Shown piece after piece: positions 11,568 through 23,063 of a DNA stretch of 64,000 nucleotides (positions are counted from its first letter, which is position 1; each line of letters begins with the position of its first letter). The stretch comes from Terriglobia bacterium. GTDB taxonomy: Bacteria; Acidobacteriota; Terriglobia; 20CM-2-55-15. Position numbers and translations under genes: made by a program. The stretch spans positions 525,356-589,355 of the forward strand of contig CAXWPJ010000012.1 in the NCBI GenBank assembly GCA_963664115.2, written 5' to 3'. Under the pieces are notes generated by a model. It was not told the DNA's origin and ran no database searches. It worked only from the letters and a program-made list of their open reading frames with translations.

Positions 11568-12614
11568 TCATGGCGAGAGAAACCGGAAGAGATTCGGAAG
11601 GTAATAACGACTCTGCTCGAATTCGAGCCGAAGGGCCAACGCATTTGGATAAAACAGCCGCAGCCAAGCCATGGCACAGCAATTCACAAGAAGTCCAGGT
11701 GCTAACGCCACGAGAAGAGCTATGACACGGTTGTATCCACTAATAGTCTGTGATCTTAAGTGCTGATTATATTCACGAATTGAGTATGCTCCCTTCGCTC
11801 GGAATTTGACCAATTCCCGAATACGCCGCCATGGAGCTGGGTCCGCGACCAATCGTTTTTCAGCATCCGACAAAGTCGTAAGGCTCCAAATTATCCCGGG
11901 CCAGTTAAACATCCACATCCTAAAGCCCCGCCCGGTCCAGTGCGCGTTCCCATAGCGAATGCGAATATAGGGGCGCGCAAATACATATGTCGACGCGGGC
12001 AAGATGGATTGGAAAATAACTCCGATATGAACAAATTCAGTTCCGAAGTATTTTTCTGAGTTTCGAGAACACCAGATATCTCTTCGAATAATCACTCCGC
12101 CAATAAACGAAAGATGAGCACCCACAGTCACGAATAGATCCCCGAACTCGTCTGGAGTGTAAATGCGGTCAGTAGCTAACTGAATTCGTCTTTCCTCCAA
12201 TACCTGGTTCAACTCGAGATCGCGCACTTCGGCATTCACCACCAATAATGCATAGTCACCCTCCGCGACCGTCAGAATTGAAGAGACCGCCCCATCAAGA
12301 ACAATGTCATCATCCGTCATTAACCAGCAATATCTTCCGGACGAGAGCCTGACAACAACATCGTAGTCATGATCGACACCTTGGGGAATTTTTCGATGGT
12401 AATGCAAGGCAGGAAATCGCTCTATGAAACCATTCACTATATCCTCGGTAGTATGATCCTCAGAGCCGTCTAACACAACAATCTCAACCTGCTCATCAGA
12501 CTGCTGCACAATACTTTCAAGGGTTTCGCTAATGAAACCGGATCGATTCATCGTGGCAATACAAATTGAGAGGAGGGGATTTTGTGCTTTTAACTTGGCG
12601 TCCACGATTTCCAA
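11568..12614 (-). CDS. Glycosyltransferase family 2
   Basis: LLSICIATMNR, IVVLDGSED and YCWLMTDDD motifs. Confidence 0.85.
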   Translation of the reverse strand: MEIVDAKLKAQNPLLSICIATMNRSGFISETLESIVQQSDEQVEIVVLDGSEDHTTEDIVNGFIERFPALHYHRKIPQGVDHDYDVVVRLSSGRYCWLMTDDDIVLDGAVSSILTVAEGDYALLVVNAEVRDLELNQVLEERRIQLATDRIYTPDEFGDLFVTVGAHLSFIGGVIIRRDIWCSRNSEKYFGTEFVHIGVIFQSILPASTYVFARPYIRIRYGNAHWTGRGFRMWMFNWPGIIWSLTTLSDAEKRLVADPAPWRRIRELVKFRAKGAYSIREYNQHLRSQTISGYNRVIALLVALAPGLLVNCCAMAWLRLFYPNALALRLEFEQSRYYLPNLFRFLSP

Positions 12615-12624
12615 CGCATCTCGG

Positions 12625-13563
12625 TCAGTTCGAGATCTTTCGAGATATAAGGATCCGAGCCCGACCCTTTAGCAATCCGCTGCGAACCAAGATCTTGTCC
12701 AGGTTGATTAGGCTCCAGGCCAGGCGATAACGGAACCAACTGGGCCCCGAAATTTTGAGGGCAGGAGCGAGGGAAAACGCGCCAAACGGAAAGTCTTCAA
12801 TCAAATCATACTGTTCGCGCCAGACGTTCTCAATATCTTCAACGGTCGAGTACTTCGCCTGTTCCATTGGAGAAAATACTTCCGGAACATCGACAGTGGT
12901 CCCTGACAGACGTCGCATCACTGCTCTCACTTTATCAACATAGCTTCGATCAGCCGTCGGAAGCAGTAAGCCGAACAGCCGTCCCAGGTACATCTCTACC
13001 GGGTCCACCTCGTAGTCGTCCAAAGTCGCAATTACCCCACTGGGTCTCAAAGCGCGCCTAACTTTAGACATGAATCCGAAAAAATCGGGCAAGTGGTGAA
13101 AGGCGGACCATCCGGACACCGCATCGTATGTGTCTTCTCCCAAATCGACTGTCGAGACGTCCTTCAGGTGATAGGTAACACTCCCAAATCCATCTGTGTA
13201 CGGGTTCTCCTTCAGCATCCTCTCCGCAATATCAATCGCAAGAGGAGAAAGATCATATGCATCCACATGCTGACCTCGGCGGCCCAACTCCAACGCTAGC
13301 CATCCTGGCCCACAACCGATGTCTAGCACGCGTCCACCCGGTTTGTGGGCAACCAGTTCAAGGTAACGATCACGATAATACTTCTGCTGCATATCAAATA
13401 TCGCAGGATCTATCGGCTCAAAGCCTGGACGCCCAACAACACGGGTCGCCCTTCTTATATCTGCCGACATTGGGATTGCGTTGTTCAGAGATCGACGACG
13501 TGCCGATTCGTTGAAGAACTCTGCTTCAGCCTGTTGAAGCTGATCGATATTTGATTCGTTCAT
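12625..13563 (-). CDS. Class I SAM-dependent methyltransferase
   Basis: VLDIGCGPG and AFHHL..ALRPSG motifs. Confidence 0.85.
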   Translation of the reverse strand: MNESNIDQLQQAEAEFFNESARRRSLNNAIPMSADIRRATRVVGRPGFEPIDPAIFDMQQKYYRDRYLELVAHKPGGRVLDIGCGPGWLALELGRRGQHVDAYDLSPLAIDIAERMLKENPYTDGFGSVTYHLKDVSTVDLGEDTYDAVSGWSAFHHLPDFFGFMSKVRRALRPSGVIATLDDYEVDPVEMYLGRLFGLLLPTADRSYVDKVRAVMRRLSGTTVDVPEVFSPMEQAKYSTVEDIENVWREQYDLIEDFPFGAFSLAPALKISGPSWFRYRLAWSLINLDKILVRSGLLKGRARILISRKISN

Positions 13564-13582
13564 CTACCTCGAGCCAAGGTTG

Positions 13583-14128
13583 TCCTATTGATCTGGTCAC
13601 GACGCGAAATGACCCGCTGATTCCTCCCGAAGAACATGTCGTCCGGTGTCACGTTATTGAGAGATTCGTGATACTGATGGCGGTTGTAGTGTTCGAGCCA
13701 TTGCTCGATCGCCTGATTGAGTTCCCACGGATAGTAATAGTGTTCCAGTTAGACCATGTTCTTCATCGAACAGTAGTAGCGTTCGATCTTGGCCTAGGTC
13801 ATCGGGTTGTAGGGCGCACCCCGAGTGTGTTCCAACCCGCGACGTTGTCATAGCCTTTGAACTCGTACGACACGTAACAGGGCCCATTGTCGTTCAACAG
13901 TCGCGGTCGGCGGCGGACCTGTACCTTGGCCTCGACAGAGCTCTGCGATGCTCTCTTCGCCCCTCAGTCCTTCCAACACGATCCGCACTTTCTCTTCCGA
14001 CGAATCTCCCGTACCCGATTTTCTGCCGACACTTTCTCCTCCATTCGACCTCCTTCAGATCGTTCCGATTAGAAAAGTGTCTCTTAGTTTTCTTGAGAAT
14101 TCTGTCCGAAATGCTCTGACGGGCTACA
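13583..14128 (-). mobile_element. Degenerate, internally deleted inverted copy of the IS3-like element
   Basis: Reverse-complement left end finishes at 14128, with decayed orfA and orfB fragments. Confidence 0.8.
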
Positions 14129-14188
14129 CCTAGTTCAGTCAGCTCCGGATATAAGATCAGTTTGAAACCGCCTGCTCGCACATGCTGA

Positions 14189-15979
14189 TCAAAGCGGCTT
14201 ATTGTTCATTTTTTTAGATCCCGCTTTTGCATATTCGTATTCGTTCATCACTTGATCGGGAGTATCAATCATCCTAAGCCTTCCTTTTTCTATCCAGACC
14301 AAAAAGTCGCATTCCATGATGGTGCTCACACGGTGAGCGATGATTATCAATGTATGCGTACCTTTGAGACTATAGATCGTGTCTTGAATCGCCCTCTCAC
14401 TCTTCGAGTCCAGAGAACTGGTAGCTTCATCATCAAAAATTATTACGTCTGGCATTGTGTAGAGCGCCCGGGCGATGGCGACACGCTGCTTTTCTCCACC
14501 TGAAAGCCGCGCACCACGCTCTCCGATTTCCGTATCGATTCCCCTCGGCAAACTGTCCACCAACTCCTTCATGTAAGCCATCCGACAGCACTCTCGGACG
14601 AGTTCTCGATCTATATCTGTTTCTTCAACACCAAACGCGACATTCCCGGCTAAAGTTCCATCGAATATATAAGGAGATTGCGGCACATATCCTACAGTCG
14701 ACATCCACGCATTCCGTGATTCCCTGTCGAGTACGCGGTCATCGATCGCGATGTCCCCATTACGAGGGGGCAAGAGCCCAATTAAAATATCAACGATCGT
14801 GCTCTTGCCCGCGCCCGAACTACCCACGATACCCACGGTTTGGCCCTTCTCGATGCGAAAACTCATGTCCCGTATCGCGTGCGTCGCTTTATTGCTGCTA
14901 TAGGAAAACGAAATATTGTTCACATTGATTTCTCTGTGAAATTCAAGTCTCCCAGGTCGCTCCAAACCCCTGTCGGACTTGACGTCAGACATTGTCTCGA
15001 TCTCTCTTAAGTACCGAATCTCATTTTTCGTATAGGGCAGTATGCTTCTAATCGAGGTAAGGCTCCCAAGTATCCTGTTCATAGCTGGGAGAACCCGCCA
15101 TGCGGCGACCGCCAACAAAGTCGCGATACCAGTGACCTGTTCCGTCGAGAAATCCAAGAGAACAAGCATCAAACAAACTGTGCCTGAGAGCAGGAGAAAG
15201 CCTACCGTCTCGAGGAGTCCGACTGGCAAGACGAGATAAAAATTCTGCAATCCCCGAAATTGAGCCAGCGGATATGCGTCTTTTCTGAAATAGCTCAAGA
15301 ACGTTGGGATGCGACCAGACACTTTCAGGTCCTTAATCCCATGAATTCCTTTCGTCACATGTCGGTTGATCGATTGGTCATATTTACGGCACTGGTCCGC
15401 AGCATTCTCTTGCAGAACCTGCATACTTGAATAAATAAAGTATGCAGTACACCCGAGGACGAAAATGAGTCCGATCGAAATAACTGGTTGAGCCACAAGC
15501 AATATCAGCAACAAAAATGCCACCATCAAACTATCACTCAATATTTGGAAACTTGCCTTGATGAGACTACTACCCAAAAAAATACGCCACTCTACGGCGA
15601 GAACAATATCCGCACTGTTCTGTGAGAGATGCCATTCATACGGCATGTTGAGGAAGCCATTGAAAAGCTTGGCACCCAGCAATTCATCAATCAGGTAGGA
15701 AAATCGCGTAATCTGATATCTCACCAGAACCTGACTGGTGTTTTTTAGAGCAATCAGCAGCACTACCAATATACTCACTGACACAATTAGGTTCTGCGAA
15801 GAATCAAGAAAATCAAGCGCCAAAATCCGTCGCGCGTAGAGCACGTATTGGGACTCCAACACTTCTTCGGGAGACGATACGGTAGAAGCAAAAAAGGCGA
15901 TCCCGACTGTCGCGACGGTCTCTAAAAAAGCAACAGCCACCACCGCGGCAAACAGAATCCAGAATTGCTTTCGGCGACG
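14189..15979 (-). CDS. ABC transporter permease/ATPase (polysaccharide-locus, PglK/HepA-like), 5'-truncated by IS
   Basis: TM domain, GSSGAGKS Walker A and LSGGEKQR signature. The frame runs into the IS end at 15980. Confidence 0.85.
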   Translation of the reverse strand, partial: RRRKQFWILFAAVVAVAFLETVATVGIAFFASTVSSPEEVLESQYVLYARRILALDFLDSSQNLIVSVSILVVLLIALKNTSQVLVRYQITRFSYLIDELLGAKLFNGFLNMPYEWHLSQNSADIVLAVEWRIFLGSSLIKASFQILSDSLMVAFLLLILLVAQPVISIGLIFVLGCTAYFIYSSMQVLQENAADQCRKYDQSINRHVTKGIHGIKDLKVSGRIPTFLSYFRKDAYPLAQFRGLQNFYLVLPVGLLETVGFLLLSGTVCLMLVLLDFSTEQVTGIATLLAVAAWRVLPAMNRILGSLTSIRSILPYTKNEIRYLREIETMSDVKSDRGLERPGRLEFHREINVNNISFSYSSNKATHAIRDMSFRIEKGQTVGIVGSSGAGKSTIVDILIGLLPPRNGDIAIDDRVLDRESRNAWMSTVGYVPQSPYIFDGTLAGNVAFGVEETDIDRELVRECCRMAYMKELVDSLPRGIDTEIGERGARLSGGEKQRVAIARALYTMPDVIIFDDEATSSLDSKSERAIQDTIYSLKGTHTLIIIAHRVSTIMECDFLVWIEKGRLRMIDTPDQVMNEYEYAKAGSKKMNNKPL

Positions 15980-17469
15980 TGTAGCCCGTCAGAGCATTTC
16001 GTACGAAATACCCTAAAAAACTAAGAGACACTTTTCTAATCAGAACGATCTGAAGGAGGATCGAATGAGTGAGAAAGTGTCGGCAGAGAATCGGGTACGA
16101 GAGATTCGTCGAAAGACGCGCAAGAAGTACTCGTCTGAGGAGAAAGTGCGGATCGTGTTGGAAGGGTTGCGAGGCGAAGAGAGCATCGCAGAACTGTGCC
16201 GACGCGAAGGGATTCCGTCAAATCTGTATTACCGGTGGAGCAAGGACTTCCTGGAGGCGGGGAAGAAACGGCTGGCTGGGGACACGAAGCGGGAAGCGAC
16301 ATCGAGCGAAGTCACCGAGTTGCGGCAGGAAAACGATCAGTTGAAGCAGGTCGTGGCCGAAATACTGCTAAAGAATCGTTTTCTGAAAAAAACGTTGAAC
16401 GTAACGGACTCCGAGAGCATCGATATATGAGGCAATCGGGATCTGAGAAGCTGGAGACGATCCGAGTGGTGGAAGACTCGGAGTTGTCGGTGACAGCGAC
16501 CCTCCGGGAGCTGGGCGTCCCCCGCAGCACGTTCTACGGTTGGTATCGACGATACAAAGAGCGTGGCGCAGCCGGCTTGTTAGATCGGCATTCCGGCCCC
16601 GGCTTCTGCTGGAACCGGATTCCGGGACCGGTGCGGGAACAGGTGGTCGAAACCGCGTTGAACCACCCGGAAGCCTCACCGCGGGAACTGGCCTGGCAGA
16701 TCACCGACACCCAGGACTACTTCATCTCCGAATCCAGCGTGTATCGGATTCTGAAGAGATGCGACCTGATCACCAGTCCCGCATACATCGTGATGACGGC
16801 CAGCGATCACTTCCAGCAGCCAACCCGGCGTGTGAACGAACTCTGGCAAACTGATTTCACTTACTTCAGGGTCGTCGGTTGGGGTTGGTACTACCTGTCG
16901 ACCGTGCTGGACGATTACTCTCGCTACATCATCGCCTGGAAGCTCTTTCAAACCATGGCCGCATCTGACGTTCAGGACACGCTGGACGTTGCACTACAGG
17001 CGACAGATGTCGGACAAGTACAAGTCCGGCACCGACCGCGATTGTTGAGCGACAACGGCCCCTGCTACGTATCGCACGAACTCAAAGACTATTTACAACG
17101 TCGTGGTATGGAACACACCCGGGGTGCGCCCTATCACCCGATGACACAGGGCAAGATCGAACGCTATCACCGTTCGATGAAGAACGTGGTCAAGTTGGAA
17201 CACTACTATTATCCGTGGGAACTTGAGCAGGCGATCGCGCAATGGGTCGAACACTACAACCACCATCGGTATCACGAATCTCTGAACAACGTGACACCGG
17301 CTGACGTGTTCTTCGGGAGGGATCAGCAGATCCTTGCACGTCGTGACCAGATCAAAAGAAAAACGCTGGCTCGACGCAAAATCGAGAACCTTAGGATTGG
17401 AGTGGTATAACTTCAAAACCGTCTCTTAGCTAAATGGTCTTTTTGTCCGAATTATTCTGACGACGTACA
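15980..17469 (+). mobile_element. IS3-like element, full copy
   Basis: Appears identical to 8191-9680. Confidence 0.95.
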
Positions 17470-17569
17470 GTTGCACGGCAGCTCAACGAGCGGCCACGCA
17501 AGACTCTGGAGTTCGCAACTCCGGCAGAAACATTTAATGCTTGTGTTGCATCGACCGGTTGATCTGAAT
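17470..17569 (+). mobile_element. IS30-family right-end remnant
   Basis: Encodes VARQLNERPRKTLEFATPAETFNACVASTG*. Its end GTGTTGCATCGACCGGTTGATCTGAAT matches the end of the IS30 at 21812-21838. Confidence 0.85.
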
Positions 17570-17918
17570 TGATTTATCAGGACTTGACCCGTCATCTCTG
17601 TCTCCGCCAACTTCCCCGAAGCCGACTTCTGGGTCTCTAATACCGACCATTCCTAAACACAAGGCGACTAGGGAGGAGTAATCGGGTGTTCTGCTTCGTG
17701 CCCCTCGACATAACACCCATGCCGCGACACTGTCTGCGCTCCGATCGTCTTCAGACCCTTCTTATTCCGCTTATCCGCCGTATTTTTTTGATTCTTTTAT
17801 GATGAAGGATCTTTCCCTTGCATTCGATAAATGCCTTTGATGCAACAAAAAGTTCTTTTACCATGCACCTGTTGGAACTGGTGTGATTCTTAAAGGTTTT
17901 GTGCACAAATATTAAATA

Positions 17919-18500
17919 GTGAGGAATTTTTATTTTCTTATGAGAGGCATAGTTGCTGCGACGTTACTCACGGTTCTTATGGCAGGTACTGCAAGGGCGC
18001 AAGAGCCTGTTCCAGAGGATTTTTCTTTCTATTATTCTGTAAACAGCATGGGTTCCGAGCGTAGCTACGATAGCAGCGAAAATATGCGGAGATTGCCGTT
18101 GCCATGTTTTGATGATTATTTTTTTTATGCGCGGTTAACGCCTGTGCAAAAAGGGGAGATGGAGCGCCAAGAGGTCCTCGACGTGTTGCATAGTTATGAC
18201 GCAATAATGAAAAATGACCTTTTGTCTGTGAGAAGAGATCTCACACAACCTCCTGATGGTTCTCCTGAAGGGGCTTTGGGATTGCCTTTGGCTGTGACAA
18301 GCATCGGATCGAGCAGGATCAGCTGAACTGTTCAAGGTCAATTTGGGTTTGCGGTCAATGGAATGAGGATGTTTCTCAACTTTAATGAAAAAACTCGTGA
18401 TGCTAAATGGAGGGATGTGCACCAAGTTGTTCGCGGCGTGTTACAGCAGGTAGATGGTGCATATGAGTTTCCAGATAATGAGTGTTCAGGTGACCAGTAA
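17919..18500 (+). pseudogene. Low-GC secreted hypothetical protein with internal TGA at 18324-18326
   Basis: Signal peptide (TARA-Q). The frame stays open past the TGA to TAA at 18500. Confidence 0.5.
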
Positions 18501-18918
18501 TTCGCAAACTTTCTCTGAACGTTGCCAGTATCATTAATAGTGCAAACCCCAAGCGGTACTCTAAAAATCAGAGAGCGCCGCGCGACGGCCTGCGGCCGCG
18601 CGCGGGTTGAAATAACACTCATACGACGACATTGCCAGCGCTGACATAGTCGTCAGACCCTGCTTGTATCGCTTATCCGCCTCGCAGCCCTCCGAGAGTT
18701 AAACCTCGACAAACGCCGTTTCGTTTACCGATCCAAATTCAACGTCCCAGAAGTCGGCTTCTGGCAACCAGTTCTAGCTTTGGAACGAGTGGATTGGAAG
18801 CAATGATTGAATCAGCGGGATTCTCAACGTCCGAGAAGATGATTTGTCAGGACTTGAGACGGCAGAGAAGATTTCGTAGTGGCCAAGTTAGGTCACGGAT
18901 CGCATTGGATGAATGCGA

Positions 18919-19491
18919 CTACAGCTGGAATTTCAGTCTTGTTTGGAGGCGGCGCGGAAGGTGCCCGACGTCGTTGTAAGTGACAAGCACGATCCTCCCG
19001 TCTGACTTGATTACGACCTCGCTGATCCCACAGTTGTCTGTTCCCAGCCGGGTCCAGTTGTTACCAGAGTCAGCAAGGAGTCGGGAAACGAGGAAACGGA
19101 TCAGGTTACCGTGAGAGACTATGATCTCGTGCTTGTCGCGCCCGCGTGCCGGACGCAGAAAACTGGAGAAAGCAGCCGCGGCTTGCTTCTGCCCAGCCTG
19201 CAAATATTCCACGGGTACATCCTTGAAGACACGACTTGGAAGAAAGCATTCTCGAAGAATTCTCCTCCTCGTATACGGAACACCATCAAGATTTCGACGG
19301 ATGATCTCGGCAGTTTCAACCGCACGGATCAGGTCACTGGAATAGATAGCAGTTACTGGCAGAGAACGAAGTCTCTTCGCGGTTAGCTGCGCCTGCTTTT
19401 TTCCACGGGGAGTCAGACGCTTGAGCGAGGGAGGCTGAGCTTGCAAGTGATACTCGCCATGGCGGACGAAGTAGATTGTACGTGTCGCCAC
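18919..19491 (-). CDS. Histidine phosphatase family protein
   Basis: IYFVRHGE, YSSDLIRAVETA and IVSHGNLI motifs. GGAGG RBS precedes GTG 19491. Confidence 0.9.
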   Translation of the reverse strand: MATRTIYFVRHGEYHLQAQPPSLKRLTPRGKKQAQLTAKRLRSLPVTAIYSSDLIRAVETAEIIRRNLDGVPYTRRRILRECFLPSRVFKDVPVEYLQAGQKQAAAAFSSFLRPARGRDKHEIIVSHGNLIRFLVSRLLADSGNNWTRLGTDNCGISEVVIKSDGRIVLVTYNDVGHLPRRLQTRLKFQL

Positions 19492-19620
19492 TGAGCCTCC
19501 GACCTCGGTTAAGCGGTAGCCACAGGGTACGACACCAAGCTCCAGCAGCCTGAACAAGAATGTGCGGCTTAAGTCCTGCGCAGTCCACATCGTGGACAAG
19601 AGTGACCTGTCTCCGTTAGG

Positions 19621-21003
19621 ATGCCGCTGATGTCCTCAATCTCACGACGTTCCGTCTTGCAGGCATTCGTGGCGTCAGCATTCGCAGCGAGAACCGCACT
19701 GGGACAGACGCCTTCGCGGCCCAGGCCTTTGGCGAGCGACGCCGTCACCAGCGATTGGCCGACCTTTCTTGGGCCGACGCACGACGGTGTGTCCACGGAG
19801 ACGAGGCTGAACCGGGAGCTGCCTCCTCCCCTGATCTGGGAGTTTGCCAGGGGGACCGGATACACGTCACCGGTTGTTGTCGGCGAGCGCCTCGTGCTCG
19901 TTCATCGAATCGGGGAAGAGGAGATCATCGAATGTCTGCATGCGGAGACAGGGGCGAGCCAATGGCAATTTCGATACACGACCGCCTTTGAGGATCGGTA
20001 CGGGTACAACAACGGGCCACGGTCGAGTCCCATTATCGACGGCGAGCGGGTCTACACAATGGGGGCCGAAGGGAAGATGCATTGCCTGGAGCTCGCATCG
20101 GGAGAGGTGATGTGGAACCGCGACCTGCGTGCGGAATACGCGGTGACACAGGACTTTTTTGGGACCGCATCCACTCCGCTCGTGGAAGGTCAGCTCCTGA
20201 TTGTCAACGTGGGTGCGCCAGGCGGGCCGTCGGTGGTGGCATTCGACAAGACGACGGGAGACGAGATATGGCGCGCCGGCACCGAATGGGGCCCCAGCTA
20301 CGCGTCGCCGGTTCCTGCGTTGGTGCACGGAAGACGCCGCGTCTTTGTCTTCGCCGGTGGAGAGTCTGCCCCTCCGACTGGCGGCCTGATGTCGATCGAT
20401 CCGGCGACGGGACGTGTCGATTTCACGTTCCCCTGGCGGAGCCGCAGCTTCGAGTCGGTAAATGCATCCTGTCCGGTGGTGTTCGACAATAAGGTGTTCA
20501 TTTCTGCGAGCTACCGCAGGGGAAGTGCGCTCGTGGAAGTGCTGCCGGACTTCACGCACAGAGTTGCCTGGACGACCCAGGATTTCGGACTCCATTTCAA
20601 TACGGCGATCCATCGCAATGGATACCTGTACGGATTCGATGGCCGGAACGAAGGGGATGCCTCGCTGGCATGCGTGGACGCGGCAACGGGAAGAGTCGTG
20701 TGGCGCGAGACGCCGGAGTGGACGGAGACCATCGAGACGCGAACCGTGATCGCAGGAACATACCGCGGATCGTTAATGGCTGTCGATGGGGCGTTCCTGT
20801 GCCTTGGGGAGTTGGGGCACCTGCTATGGTTGGACCTGACCCCCGAGGGTTATGAGGAGGTGTCGAGGGCGTGGCTGTTCGCGGCGCGCGAGTCCTGGGT
20901 CCTGCCGGTGCTCAGCCGCGGCCTGCTGTATGTCGCGCAGAACGCGCGGGACTTCTTGCAGGATACGGATCCGCGGCTGCTCTGTTATGACCTCAGGGCG
21001 TAG
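19621..21003 (+). CDS. PQQ-binding-like beta-propeller protein with Tat-type signal
   Basis: SRRSVL leader, DWPTFLGP, and repeated W..GY.SP.V / CL...TG...W blades. Confidence 0.85.
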   Translation: MPLMSSISRRSVLQAFVASAFAARTALGQTPSRPRPLASDAVTSDWPTFLGPTHDGVSTETRLNRELPPPLIWEFARGTGYTSPVVVGERLVLVHRIGEEEIIECLHAETGASQWQFRYTTAFEDRYGYNNGPRSSPIIDGERVYTMGAEGKMHCLELASGEVMWNRDLRAEYAVTQDFFGTASTPLVEGQLLIVNVGAPGGPSVVAFDKTTGDEIWRAGTEWGPSYASPVPALVHGRRRVFVFAGGESAPPTGGLMSIDPATGRVDFTFPWRSRSFESVNASCPVVFDNKVFISASYRRGSALVEVLPDFTHRVAWTTQDFGLHFNTAIHRNGYLYGFDGRNEGDASLACVDAATGRVVWRETPEWTETIETRTVIAGTYRGSLMAVDGAFLCLGELGHLLWLDLTPEGYEEVSRAWLFAARESWVLPVLSRGLLYVAQNARDFLQDTDPRLLCYDLRA

Positions 21004-21282
21004 CAGGCCCTGACGATCAGGAAGCGTACCCAAGATGAATTTGCCTAAAATCGAAGGCGATAGAAGCGGTTTCCGCAATTCCTGTAGCGAAAGGGGAGTA
21101 CGAAGAACAGGAGAAGCCGTTCGAGCCAGCGCCGACGAGACCGGTGAATCTCTTTCGAGCTGCATCGGGGGCATTGCTCTCAATTTCCGACAAGATGATT
21201 TCTCAGGACTTGACCGCGAAAAATTACGGCGTCGGCACCCGATGCTTCAGTTCTAAAATCAGTTCAGGCCGATGTTGATTTA

Positions 21283-21382
21283 GCTCGACGCACGACCGAT
21301 GACTTAGGACTGGAGTGATATAACTAAAAAACCGTCTCTTAGAAATACGGTCCTTTTGTCCAAATTATTCTGACGACGTACA
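21283..21382 (+). mobile_element. Solo right end of the IS3-like element
   Basis: Diverged match to the IS 3' end, ending CTGACGACGTACA. Confidence 0.8.
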
Positions 21383-21397
21383 GTGAAGGAGGCTTTT

Positions 21398-21703
21398 ATG
21401 CTCGTGGTTGCAGGAACACTTCCTATCAAGGCGGAGCGTTGGGCAGACGCGCAAGCCATGTCGAAAAACATGGTGGCGGCCACGCTCAAGGAGTCGGGCT
21501 GTATTAGTTATCAGTTCCACACGGCAACCGGCGCGGACAATACCTTTTTCCTGTTCGAGGAATGGGAATCCGAACAAGCGCTGGCCGCCCACTTCCAGAC
21601 GGAACACCTACAGGCCTTCCTCAAAGAGGCGCCGAACCTGTTGGCCGGGCCACTCAATGTGAAGAAGTACACGGTCGAAAAAGTCGAGCCCCTGAACCCG
21701 TAG
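21398..21703 (+). CDS. Antibiotic-biosynthesis (ABM)/quinol monooxygenase family
   Basis: ESGCISYQF..FFLFEEWESEQALAAHFQTEH motif and AAGGAGG RBS. Confidence 0.9.
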   Translation: MLVVAGTLPIKAERWADAQAMSKNMVAATLKESGCISYQFHTATGADNTFFLFEEWESEQALAAHFQTEHLQAFLKEAPNLLAGPLNVKKYTVEKVEPLNP

Positions 21704-21811
21704 CAGGAGAGCCGAGAATCCGCTGTTCGCCCTTTCGATTTGAAGTCGTTCTCAGCGCGGTAGAAACACGGCAGAAAACAGAAATTACAGTCCTCAACGT
21801 CCGAGAAGATG

Positions 21812-23063
21812 ATTCAGATCAACCGGTCGATGCAACACCTGCGTTTAATGTCTCTGCCGGATTAGCGAAGTCCAGCGTCTCACGAGGTCGCCCGTTGAGC
21901 TTCCTTGCGATCATATCCAAATGCTCCTGTGAGTGAACCGACAAGTCCGTACCTTTAGGGAAATACTGTCGGAGCAAACCGTTCGTGTTTTCGTTCGAAC
22001 CCCGTTGCCAGGGACTCCTCGGATCGCAAAAGTAAACGGCAATGTCGGTGGCCAGAGTGAACCGTTTGTGATTGGCCATTTCCAATCCGCGATCCCAGGT
22101 CAGTGTTTTATAGAGTTCGGTCGGGAGTTTGTCTGCGTGTTCGATCAGCGCGTTGATGACGGTTTCGGTTTCCTTATTCGGAACCTTCACCCGCATCACG
22201 TACCGGGAGAAACGTTCGACCAATGTCGCAATGTAGGTGTTGTTCGAACCCGCTATGAGATCCCCTTCCCAGTGTCCGGGGACCGCGCGATCTTCAACCG
22301 AAGCCGGGCGCTCACGGATCGATATCAGATCCGGGATCTGCCCGCCACCCCGGCCTTTGCGACTGGCATGCTGGGACCGGCGAATCGTGCGTTTGGTCCG
22401 TAGATGCTGTGTCAGTTCTTTCTTCAGAGCCCCGCGGGCCTGGATGAAAAGGCTGCGATAGATCGTTTCGTGTGACACGTAAAGTGACTCGTCGTCTGGA
22501 TATTCGCGTTTCAGCCAACCCGCAATCTGTCGCGGTGCCCAATCCTCCCGGAGCTTCTCTTCGACGATCCCGCGTAAGCTGGGATAGCGGATCAGTCGAC
22601 ATCTCTTCGGGCGGTGAGCCCGTTCCCATGCGCGTTCATCCGCCTCCAACGCTCGATAGTTATCATAGCCCCCATTGCGACCGATCTCCCGACTGACTGT
22701 GGAGGGTGTACGCGACAGCGACTCGGCAATTGAACGGATCGATCCCTTGGCGGCAATGCCTCGGGAAATCTCTTCACGCTCGGCGAGGGTCAGCGCCCGC
22801 TTAGAGCGGCATCGTGTCCTGGGACAGATTCCACCATACGGTGCGATCTGACCATAAACCGAAGAGCCCTCCTTTCCGAACACACGTCCGATCGCTTTCA
22901 GACTCTCTCCCCGCTGCCAGCGAATCCACACCTCGTCTATATCGGCGAGTGTGTAGCCTCGCCGCACCCGGTCTTTACTCTGTTTCTTCCGTCGTTTCTT
23001 ACGCATACACTCCACCTCCTCCTTTTAGGTACAGTGTTGCATCGATCTGTTGAGACCACCTCG
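21812..23063 (-). mobile_element. IS30-family element (transposase 21819-23015) inserted in the centre of a 40-bp repeat
   Basis: GHWEGDL, TWDRGLE and PWQRGSNENTNGLLRQY motifs. Inverted repeats TCAACnGnTCGATGCAACAC. The flanks rebuild the repeat. Confidence 0.92.

Noticed and set aside
18324-18326. In-frame TGA as selenocysteine
   Set aside because: No redox motif context and no convincing hairpin downstream. A nonsense mutation is simpler, like the TAG at 34782.
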